A stretch of 64,000 bases of DNA from an uncultured Pelagibacteraceae bacterium (lineage in GTDB: Bacteria > Pseudomonadota > Alphaproteobacteria > Pelagibacterales > Pelagibacteraceae): assembly GCA_902539145.1 (NCBI GenBank), contig CACBHX010000001.1:413-64412 (forward strand), written 5' to 3'. The notes below the pieces were generated by a model. The model was not told the origin of the DNA, did no database searches, and worked only from the letters and a program-made list of their open reading frames with translations. Both the position numbers and the translations under genes were made by a program. This document shows positions 30,920 to 43,639 of the stretch, in pieces (position 1 is the first letter of the stretch; each line of letters starts with the position of its first letter).

Positions 30920-33496
30920 ATGCAAAATTCTGAAAATCAAAACGATAAGAATATTAAGTTGATATCTATGCATGACGAGATGAGCTCGTCATATTTGTCT
31001 TATGCAATGAGCGTTATCGTCAGTCGTGCTCTACCTGATATCAGAGATGGATTAAAACCTGTTCATAGAAGAATTTTATATGCAATGTATAAAGGGGGTT
31101 ATGACTGGTCAAAACAATTTAGAAAATCAGCTAGAATAGTCGGTGATGTAATTGGTAAATATCACCCCCATGGAGATCAATCTGTATATGACGCATTAGT
31201 TCGAATGGTTCAAGATTTTTCAATGAGTTTACCTTTGGTTGAGGGTCAAGGAAATTTTGGTTCTATAGACGGAGATCCAGCAGCGGCAATGAGATATACT
31301 GAGACAAGACTCTCAAAAGTATCTCAGTTTCTTATAGATGATATTGAAAAGAACACTATTGATTTCAAAAGTAATTATGATGAAACGGAAAAAGAACCGA
31401 GCGTTCTTCCTGCTCAATATCCTAATCTTTTAGTTAATGGTGCCGGCGGTATAGCGGTTGGAATGGCAACAAGTATTCCACCTCATAATTTGGGAGAAAT
31501 AATAGATGGAACTTTAGCATTAATTGAAAATAAGGACATTACTGTTAAGCAATTAATGAAATTTATACCTGGTCCTGATTTTCCAACGGGCGGAGTGATC
31601 ATAGGAAAAGATATGATTAAAGAGGGTTACACTAAAGGAAGAGGGTCTTTTAAAGTCCGCGGTCAAATTTCTATTGAACAATTGAAGAATGGTAGGGAGA
31701 GATTAGTAATAACTTCTATTCCGTATCAAGTTAATAAGTCGGTTTTAAATGAAAGAATAGCTCAATTGGTAAGAGAAAAAAAAATAGAAGGCATAAAAGA
31801 TATAAGAGATGAGTCTAATAGGGAAGGTATAAGAGTATCTATAGACTTAAGAACCGGTGTTGAACCGGAAACAGTCAAAAGACAATTATATAAAAATACT
31901 CAAATAGAAAGCTCTTTTGGTTTTAATACTTTAGCGATAGTTGAGGGAAAACCTATTACATGTAATTTAAAAGATTTTTTATCCCATTTTTTAAATTTTA
32001 GAGAAAGTGTAGTAATCAAAAAAACAAAATTTGATTTGAATAAAGCTGAAGAAAGAGCACATATATTGATTGGCTTATCTGTGTCAGTTGAAAATTTAGA
32101 TAAAGTTATAAAAATTATTAGATCATCAAAAAATCCTGAAGAAGCAAAAAGCTCGCTTCTTAAAATTAAATGGAAAATAAATAAATCATTAAAGATGATA
32201 AATTTAATTGAAAACAAAACTTCTAAAGGAATGTATTCTTTATCTGAAATTCAAGTTAATTCAATTTTAGAACTAAGATTGCAAAAACTAACTGCACTGG
32301 GTATCAATGAAATAGAAATTGAAATAAAAAAACTTTCTGAATTGATAAAAAAATATAAAAAAATTATTTCTTCAAAAAAAGAATTGTTAAATGTAATTAG
32401 CAATGAGTTAAATAATATAAAAGAAAAATTTTCGGTTAAAAGAAGAACAGATATTATCGATGCTGTTTTAAATTATGATATTGAGGAAACTATTCAAAAA
32501 GAGTCTGTAATAATTACTGTTACTCTTCAAGGCTATATTAAAAGAGGATCTTTAAATAATATAAAACAACAAAAAAGAGGAGGAAAAGGAAAAACTGGTA
32601 TTACAACGAGAAATGAAGACTCTGTTGTCCAAACACTATCGGTTAATACTCATACTTCTGTTTTGTTTTTTTCAACCGAAGGTCTTGTTTACAGAATTAA
32701 AGCTTGGAAAATACCGGTTGGATCTTCATCCTCTAAAGGAAAATCTTTATTCAACATTTTACCTCTCAAAAGTCATCAATCTATAAGCTCTATAATGCCA
32801 TTTCCTGAGGATTCTGAGTTAAAGAATTACCAGATAGTATTTGCAACGGCTAATGGAAAGATAAGAAAAAATAGTTTAGAGGATTTTTCTTCAATAAATA
32901 CGGCAGGTAAAATTGCGATGAAATTGGACAACAATGATAAAATTGTTGGAGTAAAGATTTGTAAAGAAGATCAAGACATAATACTAAGCACCAAATTTGG
33001 AAAGTGCATTAGATTTGAATCAAAAAAATTGAGAGTTTTTAAAGGTAGATCTTCAAAAGGGATTAAAGGTATTGTTTTATCACCAAATGATCAAATTGTA
33101 TCATTATCTATCATTGATAACGACAAATATAGTAAAAATGGAAAAAAGAGCAAAGATGAAAAATCTGAAATTAAAGCAAAAGAAAAATTTATTTTATCGA
33201 TTACACAAAATGGGTTTGGAAAAAAAACATTGCATACTGATTACAGAGTTACGAATAGAGGTGGTAAAGGTATAATAGGAATTGTTAATTCACCAAGAAA
33301 TGGTGATATTTCATCATCTTTTCCTGTATTTGAAGGAGATGAAATTCTTATATCAACAAACAAAGGTAGAGTTATAAGAGTAGCTGTGAAAGAAATTAGA
33401 ACCGCTGGAAGAAATACACAAGGTGTAAGAATAATTAAATTATCAGGTGAGGAAAAAGTAGTTTCAGCTAATAAAATTGATGATAATTTAATTTAA
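30920..33496 (+). CDS. gyrA: DNA gyrase subunit A
   Basis: [22 protein letters not shown], GyrA-box QKRGGKG. Confidence 0.97.
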   Translation: MQNSENQNDKNIKLISMHDEMSSSYLSYAMSVIVSRALPDIRDGLKPVHRRILYAMYKGGYDWSKQFRKSARIVGDVIGKYHPHGDQSVYDALVRMVQDFSMSLPLVEGQGNFGSIDGDPAAAMRYTETRLSKVSQFLIDDIEKNTIDFKSNYDETEKEPSVLPAQYPNLLVNGAGGIAVGMATSIPPHNLGEIIDGTLALIENKDITVKQLMKFIPGPDFPTGGVIIGKDMIKEGYTKGRGSFKVRGQISIEQLKNGRERLVITSIPYQVNKSVLNERIAQLVREKKIEGIKDIRDESNREGIRVSIDLRTGVEPETVKRQLYKNTQIESSFGFNTLAIVEGKPITCNLKDFLSHFLNFRESVVIKKTKFDLNKAEERAHILIGLSVSVENLDKVIKIIRSSKNPEEAKSSLLKIKWKINKSLKMINLIENKTSKGMYSLSEIQVNSILELRLQKLTALGINEIEIEIKKLSELIKKYKKIISSKKELLNVISNELNNIKEKFSVKRRTDIIDAVLNYDIEETIQKESVIITVTLQGYIKRGSLNNIKQQKRGGKGKTGITTRNEDSVVQTLSVNTHTSVLFFSTEGLVYRIKAWKIPVGSSSSKGKSLFNILPLKSHQSISSIMPFPEDSELKNYQIVFATANGKIRKNSLEDFSSINTAGKIAMKLDNNDKIVGVKICKEDQDIILSTKFGKCIRFESKKLRVFKGRSSKGIKGIVLSPNDQIVSLSIIDNDKYSKNGKKSKDEKSEIKAKEKFILSITQNGFGKKTLHTDYRVTNRGGKGIIGIVNSPRNGDISSSFPVFEGDEILISTNKGRVIRVAVKEIRTAGRNTQGVRIIKLSGEEKVVSANKIDDNLI

Positions 33497-33990
33497 TGAC
33501 TAAAATTTCAATTTATCCAGGAACCTTTGATCCGATTACTTATGGTCATATAGACGTTATAAAGAAAGGATTAAAACTTTTTAATAAAATAATAGTTGCT
33601 GTTTCTGATGTTGATAATAAAGATTATTTATTTGATATTAATGAAAGAATAGAGATTGTTAAAAAAGCACTTTTTTTTGATTTAAAACTTAATAAAAATA
33701 AAATTAATGTAATCCCTTTTAATACTCTAACAACGGATTTATGTAAAAAAAATAAAGCCAGCATTATACTAAGAGGGCTTAGAGCAGCTTCAGATTTTGA
33801 ATATGAATTCCAACTTGCTGGAATGAATAGAAAACTTAATAATAGCATAGAAACTGTCTTTTTAATGTCCGACGTTGAAAATCAAATTATTTCATCAAAA
33901 TTTGTAAAAGAAATTGTAAAATTAAAAGGTAATATTAAAAAATTTACAACTAAAAGCACTATAAAAGCTTTAGAAAGAAAATATGTTTAA
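33496..33990 (+). CDS. coaD: Phosphopantetheine adenylyltransferase
   Basis: YPGTFDPITYGH, RGLR...DFEYE. Confidence 0.97.
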   Translation: MTKISIYPGTFDPITYGHIDVIKKGLKLFNKIIVAVSDVDNKDYLFDINERIEIVKKALFFDLKLNKNKINVIPFNTLTTDLCKKNKASIILRGLRAASDFEYEFQLAGMNRKLNNSIETVFLMSDVENQIISSKFVKEIVKLKGNIKKFTTKSTIKALERKYV

Positions 33991-34537
33991 GATAACCTTA
34001 AAATTATTTTTTTTATTTTTTGTATTAATTAATCAATCAATATCGGAGGAAAATATAATGATCTTAAAACTTAAAGATGGTGATGTTAAAATAGAATTAT
34101 TTGATGATGTTGCCCCAAATCACGTAAAACGAATTAAAGAATTAGCATCAGCTGGTAAATATGATGGAGTTGTCTTTCATAGAGTAATAGATGGTTTTAT
34201 GGCACAAACAGGAGATGTAAAGTTTGGAAACTCAAATTCTAAAGATTTTAATTTAAGTATGGCTGGAATGGGTGGATCAGATTTACCAGATCTAAATCAA
34301 GAATTTAGTAATCTTCCACATGACAGAGGAACTTTATCAATGGCTAGATCATCAAACCCAAACAGTGCCAATAGTCAGTTTTTTATATGTTTTAAACCAG
34401 CACCTTTTCTAGATAAACAGTATACAGTTTTTGGAAAAGTTGTTGAAGGTATGGAATTTGTAGACAAAATTAAAAGAGGAGATGAAAATAATAACGGGGC
34501 GGTAAGTGATCCAGATAAAATTATAAGTTTTAAATAG
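33983..34537 (+). CDS. Cyclophilin-type peptidyl-prolyl isomerase with signal peptide
   Basis: FHRVIDGFMAQTGD, SMAR, SANSQFFI, YTVFG. Confidence 0.95.
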   Translation: MFKITLKLFFLFFVLINQSISEENIMILKLKDGDVKIELFDDVAPNHVKRIKELASAGKYDGVVFHRVIDGFMAQTGDVKFGNSNSKDFNLSMAGMGGSDLPDLNQEFSNLPHDRGTLSMARSSNPNSANSQFFICFKPAPFLDKQYTVFGKVVEGMEFVDKIKRGDENNNGAVSDPDKIISFK

Positions 34538-34550
34538 TCATAAATTTTAA

Positions 34551-35663
<1,113 letters not shown>

Positions 35664-35745
35664 TTAATTAACTTTTTTGTCTCACAAATTGCCATTTGAA
35701 ATATTCTTATAATTATGTATATACATCCCAATCAATAATATATTT

Positions 35746-35821
<76 letters not shown>

Positions 35822-35825
35822 CATC

Positions 35826-36653
35826 TTAAGAAATTTTAAGTGGTGGGTATTCTAAAAGTATTTGATTTGTCCACTCGTTAATTTTTTTAATTCTATTCTC
35901 AGCAGAAGGATGCGTACTCATAAATTCTGGAGGTGTCTGACCTTTATTATATTCTTTCATTCTTTCCCAAATTTTTGGAGTTTCCCTGATATCATAACCA
36001 GATAAAGACGAAAATATCATACCTAGATAATCAGCTTCACTCTCTTGTTTTCTATTAAAAGGGTTCATTATTCCTAATTGAGATAATAATCCTACAGTAT
36101 CCATACCTGTTGTTCTATTGATATCAGACAAAACACCTCCACTTGCAATATCTATAATTTTTGTACCAACATTCAATAATGTTCCTCTGCTTGCTCTTTC
36201 TACTGAATGTTTTGCCACAGCGTGAGCAATTTCATGTCCCATTACAGCGGCTAAACCATTCGTATTTTTGGTAACATCTAATATACCTGTGTAAACTGCA
36301 ATTTTACCACCTGGCATACACCACGCGTTTCTAATTTTCTTATTTTCAATTAATATATATTCCCAATCAAAATATTTTGTAGGATCATCTAATTTAGATT
36401 GATAAAAATATTCACTAATTGAATTTTCCATATTTTGTCCAATATCTTTTATTAAATTAAGTGTTTTAGTATCTTTGCTTAATTTTTCTTGTTTCTTAAC
36501 TTTTTCGTAGATTTTTGCTGCTTGAGCATTTAGTTTTGCCTCAGGAATTATACTTAATTGTTTTCTTTCAGTAATAGGTGCTGATGCACAGGAATTGAGA
36601 ATAAAACCACCACAACTACAGCCAACATATGATAAAAATTTTCTTCTATTCAT
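35826..36653 (-). CDS. M48 family Zn metallopeptidase (lipoprotein)
   Basis: NAWCMPGG, HEIAH, ESEAD, STHP. Confidence 0.92.
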   Translation of the reverse strand: MNRRKFLSYVGCSCGGFILNSCASAPITERKQLSIIPEAKLNAQAAKIYEKVKKQEKLSKDTKTLNLIKDIGQNMENSISEYFYQSKLDDPTKYFDWEYILIENKKIRNAWCMPGGKIAVYTGILDVTKNTNGLAAVMGHEIAHAVAKHSVERASRGTLLNVGTKIIDIASGGVLSDINRTTGMDTVGLLSQLGIMNPFNRKQESEADYLGMIFSSLSGYDIRETPKIWERMKEYNKGQTPPEFMSTHPSAENRIKKINEWTNQILLEYPPLKIS

Positions 36654-36763
36654 TTTTCTTTAACATTGATATTATATTTATGCATGAATCTAAATAACAA
36701 AATTTTATTAGTGTTATTTATAATTGCAATTGTTTTTGTTATTTATTCAAGTTTTAATTAATT

Positions 36764-37381
36764 ATGTCAAAAAATAAAAAGAAAAAATCATTAACTTTAC
36801 TTTTAAGAAACTATTTCATTACCGGGGTAGTCGTTCTTATCCCGATAGGATTTACCTTATACCTTAGTAAAGTTCTAATTGGTCTTTCCTCTAAAATTTT
36901 ACCTGAAAATATTAACCCAAATAGTTATTTACCATACGAAATTCCAGGTATAGAAATCTTAATTTCACTAATATTCATAACTATTGTTGGAGGTTTGTCT
37001 TTATCATTTTTAGGAAAAAGAATTTTAAAACTTATTGATGATCTTTTTAAAAGAATTCCATTTTTAAGAACTATTTATTCTGCCATAGTTCAAATGACAG
37101 AAACATTTTCAAAAAAAGATAATGATAAAAAAAGTGTAGTTTTGATTGAATATCCTAGAAAAGGTGTGTGGGCTGTAGGTTTTGCAACAAAAGAAAATAC
37201 TGGTGAAATGGCAAAAAAAACTAATAAAAAATTAATTAATGTTTTCGTACCGACAACTCCAAATCCAACAAGTGGATTTTTATTAATGTTTCCGACAGAG
37301 GACGTAATCTATCTAGATATGACTTTTGAGGAAGCGTCTAAATTTATTGTTTCTGCTGGAACATCTTCAGGTAAAAATTAA
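36764..37381 (+). CDS. DUF502 membrane protein
   Basis: EYPRKG, VFVPTTPNPTSGFL. Confidence 0.9.
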   Translation: MSKNKKKKSLTLLLRNYFITGVVVLIPIGFTLYLSKVLIGLSSKILPENINPNSYLPYEIPGIEILISLIFITIVGGLSLSFLGKRILKLIDDLFKRIPFLRTIYSAIVQMTETFSKKDNDKKSVVLIEYPRKGVWAVGFATKENTGEMAKKTNKKLINVFVPTTPNPTSGFLLMFPTEDVIYLDMTFEEASKFIVSAGTSSGKN

Positions 37382-39429
37382 GCAATATCATTTATTATAT
37401 CTGCTCGATCATATAATTTTATTAATGGTTTAAATTTACTTATGTCCTCTTTTTCATTCTCTATTCTTTTAATTTCTTTTTCTGCTAAAATAAAAAGATT
37501 ATGATTATGTACTGGATCAGCTAATCTAAAATTTTTAATTCCACTTTGTTTAAAACCAAGAATATCTCCAAAACCTCTCAACTTCATATCTTCCTCAGAT
37601 ATTTCAAATCCATCATTTGAGGCTTTTAATATATTGATTCTTTTTTTTGCGTTCTCGCTTAGATTTGACTTAAACATTAATATACATGAAGATTCTTTAT
37701 TGCCTCTTCCAACTCTACCTCTAAGTTGATGTAATTGCGACAATCCAAATTTATTTGCATTTTCTATTATAATTACATTCGCATTAGGAAAATCTATACC
37801 AACCTCAATGATAGTTGTCGAAACTAAAATTTTGAATTCATTTCTTAAAAATTTATTTAGGATTTTTTCTTTTTCCTCAATGGTTGTTTTTCCATGAAGT
37901 AAATAAACCTCATTAGGAAATATTTTTTTTAGATATTCAGACTTTTTGATTGCTGAGGTATGATCAATTTTTTTAGACTCTTCTATTAATGGACATACCC
38001 AGAAAATTTGGTTTCCAAGTTTGATTTCTTTTTTAATGAATTTTATTACATCTTCAATCTTACTTTCAAGTTTACTATAAGTTTTTACTGGTTTTCGACT
38101 ATTAGGCTTTTCTCTTATAATTGAAAGATCCATATCACCATAAATAGTCATTGTTAAAGTTCGTGGAATTGGTGTAGCTGTCATCAAAAGAACATCACAA
38201 TCTTTTCCAGCTTTGTCAGATAATTTTTTTCTTTGACTAACCCCAAATTTATGTTGTTCATCAATTATTATTAATCCTAGTTTTTTAAATTCTACTTTTT
38301 TTTGAAATAAAGCATGTGTTCCAAAAACTATATCGATCTCTTTTTTTAAAAGTTTATTTACAATAATCTTTTTGTCTTTATAAGTTGATTTTCCAGAGAG
38401 CAATTCAATTTTAATATTTTCTGTAAATATTTTCTTTGCTAATAAAAAATGCTGTCTAGATAAAATTTCGGTAGGAGCCATTACTGCAACTTGAAATCCA
38501 GAATTAATAGTATTGAATGCAGATAATAAAGATACTATTGTTTTACCACTGCCAACATCTCCTTGAAGTAATCTAAACATTTTATTATCTGAACATAAAT
38601 CATTATTAATCTCATTTAATGTTTTAGCTTGGTCATTGGTTAATGAAAAATCTAAATTAGATACTATTTCATTTTGTTTTTTGATATCAAATTTTTTTTT
38701 TGTTTTTTTTATTTTTTTTATTTTCTTTCTAATTTCTGAGTTAACTAAAAAAGTTGAAAAAATTTCATCAAAAGCAAGTCTTTGATAAAAGTTTTCTTTA
38801 AATTTACCAATATTTTCAGGTTCATGTAGCTTTTTGATTGAATCATTCCATCCAATATTGTCAAATTTTTTTAATATGTTTTCTGAGTGCCATTCATCAA
38901 TTTTAGGCAAATTTTTAATTATTTGTAACATTATTTTATTATAAACCTTTTCACTAATACCATCAGTCAATGAATAACTATTATGTTTTTGTTTTATTAT
39001 AGACGAATCTTCTGAAACATATTTTGGATTTGTTAATTGATATTTATTCCTAAAATATTTAATTTTACCACTTATTGTAATTTCTTTTCCAATGGGCAAT
39101 ATCTTTTTAATATATCCCTCATAACTATTAAAGAAAACACAATCTATCTCACCAGTTTCATCCTTACATAAAACTCGATTTGGTAAGTTTCTTATTCTTG
39201 GAAATGAATATTTTTGAGGGATTATCGTTATAGTTTGTACTTCATCTATTTTCAAATCTTTAATTTTCGATGATAAACTTCGATCTGTATAGGATTTCGG
39301 TAATTTCCATAATAGATCGAAAATAGTATTAATTTTTTTCTTTTTTAATAAATTTGTTGTCTTTACTCCTACACCTTTTAGAGAACTTAGATCAGACAAT
39401 AAATATTCATAATTTCTTTTAATATTCAT
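37378..39429 (-). CDS. recG: ATP-dependent DNA helicase RecG
   Basis: QGDVGSGKT, DEQH, TATPIPRT, QLRGRVGRG. Confidence 0.97.
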   Translation of the reverse strand: MNIKRNYEYLLSDLSSLKGVGVKTTNLLKKKKINTIFDLLWKLPKSYTDRSLSSKIKDLKIDEVQTITIIPQKYSFPRIRNLPNRVLCKDETGEIDCVFFNSYEGYIKKILPIGKEITISGKIKYFRNKYQLTNPKYVSEDSSIIKQKHNSYSLTDGISEKVYNKIMLQIIKNLPKIDEWHSENILKKFDNIGWNDSIKKLHEPENIGKFKENFYQRLAFDEIFSTFLVNSEIRKKIKKIKKTKKKFDIKKQNEIVSNLDFSLTNDQAKTLNEINNDLCSDNKMFRLLQGDVGSGKTIVSLLSAFNTINSGFQVAVMAPTEILSRQHFLLAKKIFTENIKIELLSGKSTYKDKKIIVNKLLKKEIDIVFGTHALFQKKVEFKKLGLIIIDEQHKFGVSQRKKLSDKAGKDCDVLLMTATPIPRTLTMTIYGDMDLSIIREKPNSRKPVKTYSKLESKIEDVIKFIKKEIKLGNQIFWVCPLIEESKKIDHTSAIKKSEYLKKIFPNEVYLLHGKTTIEEKEKILNKFLRNEFKILVSTTIIEVGIDFPNANVIIIENANKFGLSQLHQLRGRVGRGNKESSCILMFKSNLSENAKKRINILKASNDGFEISEEDMKLRGFGDILGFKQSGIKNFRLADPVHNHNLFILAEKEIKRIENEKEDISKFKPLIKLYDRADIINDIA

Positions 39430-39451
39430 AAACTAATATTATATTCCTATT

Positions 39452-39709
39452 ATGACCACTGATATAGAACAAATAAAAAAAAAAATAATTTACAGATCAA
39501 ATTATCGTGGCACTAAAGAAATGGATAAACTATTAGGATCTTTCACCAATAAATACTTAAATGAATTAGATTTTAGTGATTTAAATGAATTATTAAAGCT
39601 CTTGGAAGTAGATGATAACAATCTTTATAATTTTTATAATGGTTTAAAAACTGATATGGAATTTGAGAATAATAAAATTAATAATTTATTTAAAAATTTT
39701 GAATATTAA
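39452..39709 (+). CDS. sdhE: Succinate dehydrogenase flavinylation factor
   Basis: YRS.YRGTKEMD (RGxxE). Confidence 0.9.
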   Translation: MTTDIEQIKKKIIYRSNYRGTKEMDKLLGSFTNKYLNELDFSDLNELLKLLEVDDNNLYNFYNGLKTDMEFENNKINNLFKNFEY

Positions 39710-39718
39710 TAATTTTGA

Positions 39719-39808
39719 TGGCGGAGAGACTGGGATTCGAACCCAGGAAAGAGTTGCCCCTTTGCCGGTTTTCAAGACCGGTGCTTTCAACCGCTCAGCC
39801 ATCTCTCC
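39719..39808 (-). tRNA. tRNA-Ser(TGA)
   Basis: Reverse complement GGAGAGATGGCTGAGCGG...CCGGT-CTTGAAA-ACCGG, long variable arm, CCA. Confidence 0.97.
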
Positions 39809-39892
39809 TTGTAAAAGCTTTTATAATTAAAAATATTTAATTCAACTATAAAATAGTCTAATTAGTCTTGATATTTTGTTGATTTAATTAGT

Positions 39893-40771
39893 ATGAAAAA
39901 TAATTTTAACAAAGGTTTGATTTTAACTTCACTGGGTTCATTTTGGTGGGGATTTATTGGAGTTATATATTTTGAGTCAGTATCTTTCATTGGTCATACT
40001 GAGTTAGTTGTGCATAGATGTTTATGGACTGCGATCATGTTAGTTTTTACGACAACTTTTTTATCTAAATGGCAAATATTTCTAAAAGAAATAAAAGATA
40101 AAAAAAAATTAATTGCATTATTTGTATCTGGTTTTTTGATTTTTGTTAATTGGTCTATATGGATTTATGCCGTAGCATCTGAAAGAATAATAGATGCAAG
40201 TTTTGGATATTTTATTATGCCAATAATTAGTGTTCTTATAGGATATATTTTTTTTAAAGAAAAACTTAATAAAAGAAGAATTTTCTCAATCCTTTTAGTT
40301 TTATTATCAATCATAATATTAATTATATTTAATCTTAAATCTTTACCTTGGGTTGGTCTTATCGTAGCTTTTAGTTGGGCATTTTATAACTTAGTAAGAA
40401 AAAAAATAGAAATAGATACTGATATTGGATTATTAATTGAAAGCTTCTATATTTTTCCATTTGCTCTTGTTGCATTTTATATTATTGCAAATAACAATTT
40501 TAATGATTTTAATTTGAACAACCCTGGACTAAGTCTGTATCTGCTTTTAGCTGGTCCTATGACTGTGATTCCTTTATTTCTTTATGTAAGAGGTGTCGAG
40601 TTAATTGGTTTAGGTCCAACTGGAATGATTTTTTACATAACACCAACTTTACAGTTCATTTTAGGTTATTTTTATTATGAAGAGGATTTTTCATTAGTAA
40701 AATTTCTAAGTTTTATTATCATTTGGATTGCTGTAATTATATATTTAAAAGATTTATATGAACAAAATTAA
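39893..40771 (+). CDS. rarD: EamA/RarD family transporter
   Basis: HRCLW, DASFGYFI.P, FYITPTLQF, 10 TMs. Confidence 0.88.
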   Translation: MKNNFNKGLILTSLGSFWWGFIGVIYFESVSFIGHTELVVHRCLWTAIMLVFTTTFLSKWQIFLKEIKDKKKLIALFVSGFLIFVNWSIWIYAVASERIIDASFGYFIMPIISVLIGYIFFKEKLNKRRIFSILLVLLSIIILIIFNLKSLPWVGLIVAFSWAFYNLVRKKIEIDTDIGLLIESFYIFPFALVAFYIIANNNFNDFNLNNPGLSLYLLLAGPMTVIPLFLYVRGVELIGLGPTGMIFYITPTLQFILGYFYYEEDFSLVKFLSFIIIWIAVIIYLKDLYEQN

Positions 40772-41759
40772 AATTTTTTTTTTAATTGTATTTTTTTTCT
40801 ATTCTAATTCCTTTGCTAATGAAAGTCAGAGCTTTGAAAACTGGAAAAAAAATTTTAAACATAGAGCTTTAGCAAATAATATTTCTGAGCAAACTTTTGA
40901 CCTTGTAATGGCTGATGCTAAGTTTCTATCCAATGTAATAAAATATGATAGATATCAGCCTGAATTTTATGAGGATACTAAAACTTATATTTCGAAAAGA
41001 ACATCTTCTAAAAAATTGATTAAAGGGCTTAATTTTTATTCTAATAATAAAGATTTGATTAATGTCGTTGAAAACAAGTTTGAGGTTGAGAAAGAACTTT
41101 TATTGTCTTTAATGGGTATAGAGACAAATTATGGAACTTATGTTGGCAAAATGGATATTATCTCCTCACTAGCGACATTAAGTTACGATAAAAGAAGATC
41201 TGAATTTTTTACTAAAGAACTTCTAATCTTACTTAAGTTAATAGATGAAAATCAAATAGATTATAAATCTTTATACGGTTCATGGGCTGGTGCATTTGGT
41301 TTTTTTCAATTTATGCCCTCAACTATAAAGAATCATGCCATAGATTTTAATACTGATAATTATATAAATTTAAAAAATTCTCATGACGCTTATGCGTCTG
41401 CAGCGAACTATTTAAAAAAGATCGGTTGGAAAAAGAACTCTCCTTGCTTTTACAGAATAAATCTTAAAGAAAATATACCAAAAAAATATTTAAATGTTTC
41501 TGCTAAAAAACTTAATAATAAAAAAAAATTAAGTTTCTTTAAAAAATATATAGAAAATTATAATGAACTAAATTTCTTAAAATCAAACTATAAAGTTGCA
41601 ATAATTACTCCTGATAAAGATATTATTCCAGGAGCAGATACTTTAAATCCTGCTTACATTGTATTTGACAATTATGAAATAATTCTTCAATGGAATAGAT
41701 CTTTAAGATTTGCTTTAGCTGTTTGCACTTTAAAGGATAAATTTAAAAATGAATTATAA
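40758..41759 (+). CDS. mltB: Lytic murein transglycosylase (MltB family)
   Basis: GIETNYG, GSWAGAFG..QFMPS, WNRS. Confidence 0.92.
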   Translation: MNKIKIFFLIVFFFYSNSFANESQSFENWKKNFKHRALANNISEQTFDLVMADAKFLSNVIKYDRYQPEFYEDTKTYISKRTSSKKLIKGLNFYSNNKDLINVVENKFEVEKELLLSLMGIETNYGTYVGKMDIISSLATLSYDKRRSEFFTKELLILLKLIDENQIDYKSLYGSWAGAFGFFQFMPSTIKNHAIDFNTDNYINLKNSHDAYASAANYLKKIGWKKNSPCFYRINLKENIPKKYLNVSAKKLNNKKKLSFFKKYIENYNELNFLKSNYKVAIITPDKDIIPGADTLNPAYIVFDNYEIILQWNRSLRFALAVCTLKDKFKNEL

Positions 41760-42495
41760 GATTTTATTTATATCATCGCTTTTCTTTTTAATAAGTTGTA
41801 CTCAAGTAACCGAAGAATTAAATAAGACCGAGATAAAATTTGAAAAAAAATACGCAAATAGTGGATTTGCTCTAATTTATGATGAAAATTTAGAAAAAAT
41901 AAAAAAATTAGATGATAGATCATTAATGATTTACCACAAATCTCTAAAAAGAAAATCAACTGTCAAGATTACAAACCCAAAAAATGATAAGTCTTTGATT
42001 GCTGAAGTTAAATCTAATAATCAAAAGTTTTCTGATTTTTACAATTCTGTTATATCAAAAAGAATAGCTGAAGATTTGGATATTGATTTTAACGAACCAT
42101 TATTGGAAATTGTATTAGTTTCAAGAAATTCTACTTTTATTGCAAAAAAAAGTAAAACTTTTGATGAAGAAAAAAAAGTAGCTGAAAAAGCACCTATTGA
42201 TGGTATACAAATAAAAGACTTGAATCCTAAAACTCAAAAAATTAAAAAAAAAGTAAAAGCAAAATTTTCTTATTCAATTAAAGTAGCAGATTTTTATTAT
42301 AAAAATTCAGCAAAGATCATGATTTCACGAATTAAAAATGAGACAAGTATAAAAAATTCTAGAATACTGCAACTTTCTAAAACAAAATTTAGAGTACTAA
42401 TAGGTCCCTTTAATGATATAAAAAGTTTAAAAGTGTCCTATGAAAAACTCAAAGAAATGAATTTTGAAAATTTAGAAATATTCAGCAATGTTTAA
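41749..42495 (+). CDS. RlpA-like lipoprotein with degenerate DPBB and SPOR domain
   Basis: Lipobox LISC, HKSL...VKITNPKN remnant, C-terminal FRVLIGPF; mltB-rlpA-dac-tmk order. Confidence 0.75.
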   Translation: MNYKILFISSLFFLISCTQVTEELNKTEIKFEKKYANSGFALIYDENLEKIKKLDDRSLMIYHKSLKRKSTVKITNPKNDKSLIAEVKSNNQKFSDFYNSVISKRIAEDLDIDFNEPLLEIVLVSRNSTFIAKKSKTFDEEKKVAEKAPIDGIQIKDLNPKTQKIKKKVKAKFSYSIKVADFYYKNSAKIMISRIKNETSIKNSRILQLSKTKFRVLIGPFNDIKSLKVSYEKLKEMNFENLEIFSNV

Positions 42496-43639
42496 AAAAG
42501 CAATTATAATAAACTTCCTCATATTATTTATTTCAACTTACTCCAGCGGTAATATAAAGATAAATGCAAGGACAGCAATTTTGCAAGATTTTTTATCTGG
42601 AGAAATTCTTTACGAAAAAGATCCAGACAGATCAATTTATCCAGCATCTATGACTAAGATTATGACATCTATAATTGCATTTGATTTAATTAAGTCTGGT
42701 GACTTAAGTTTAGATGATAAATTTGTCATTTCAGAAAAAGCTTGGAGATTATCTACGGCAGGATATTCATCTATGTTTATAATGGTCGGTGACCAAGTTT
42801 CTGTTGAAAATTTACTAAGAGGGATAATTGTTGCATCTGGTAATGATGCTTGTATAGCTCTTGCCGAAGGTATAGCTGGAACTGAAGAAGAGTTTGCAAT
42901 CATTATGACGATGAAAGCTAAAGAGTTGGGAATGGATAATACAAACTTTACTAATTCATCTGGAATAAATGATCCAGATAATTATTCTACAGTTAGAGAT
43001 ATTCTTAAAATGTCTAATTACCTAATTAAAGAACATCCCGAGTTTTATAAATGGTTTAGTGAAACAGAGTTTACATGGGATAGAACTGGGGGCGATCCAA
43101 TTACTCAAGGAAACCGAAACCCACTACTTTATAAAAATCTAGGAGCTGATGGAATTAAAACTGGTTATTTGGCTGTAGAAAAATATTCTCTAGCATCATC
43201 ATTAGAAAAAAATGGACGAAGATTGATAGCTGTCGGAAGTGGATTTGAAACAAAAAATAGCAGATCAAAAGAGAGTGCAAAATTACTGACATATGGAATT
43301 ACAAATTTCGATCTCATCGAAATAGCTAAAGCAAAAAAATCTTTAGATAAAGTTGACGTATGGTTAGGGAAAAAAAACCAAGTAGACGTATATGTAAATG
43401 AAGACATCTATAGAATTATAAAGAAAGCTCAGAAAAGATTTTTAAAAGTTTCAATTAACTATTCAGGACCCATTGAAGCTCCAATTAAAAAAGATCAGAT
43501 AATTGGAAAATTAAATATTTCTTATAAGGAAAATATAATTGGAGAATATGATTTGTTAGCTGCTAATGAAGTCAATAAAGTTAATATGTTCTCAAGACTT
43601 ATGAAGTCTATCAATTATTTGATTTGGGGTGATGTCTAA
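42488..43639 (+). CDS. D-Ala-D-Ala carboxypeptidase (PBP5/6 family)
   Basis: SMTK, SGN, KTG motifs. Confidence 0.95.
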   Translation: MFKKAIIINFLILFISTYSSGNIKINARTAILQDFLSGEILYEKDPDRSIYPASMTKIMTSIIAFDLIKSGDLSLDDKFVISEKAWRLSTAGYSSMFIMVGDQVSVENLLRGIIVASGNDACIALAEGIAGTEEEFAIIMTMKAKELGMDNTNFTNSSGINDPDNYSTVRDILKMSNYLIKEHPEFYKWFSETEFTWDRTGGDPITQGNRNPLLYKNLGADGIKTGYLAVEKYSLASSLEKNGRRLIAVGSGFETKNSRSKESAKLLTYGITNFDLIEIAKAKKSLDKVDVWLGKKNQVDVYVNEDIYRIIKKAQKRFLKVSINYSGPIEAPIKKDQIIGKLNISYKENIIGEYDLLAANEVNKVNMFSRLMKSINYLIWGDV

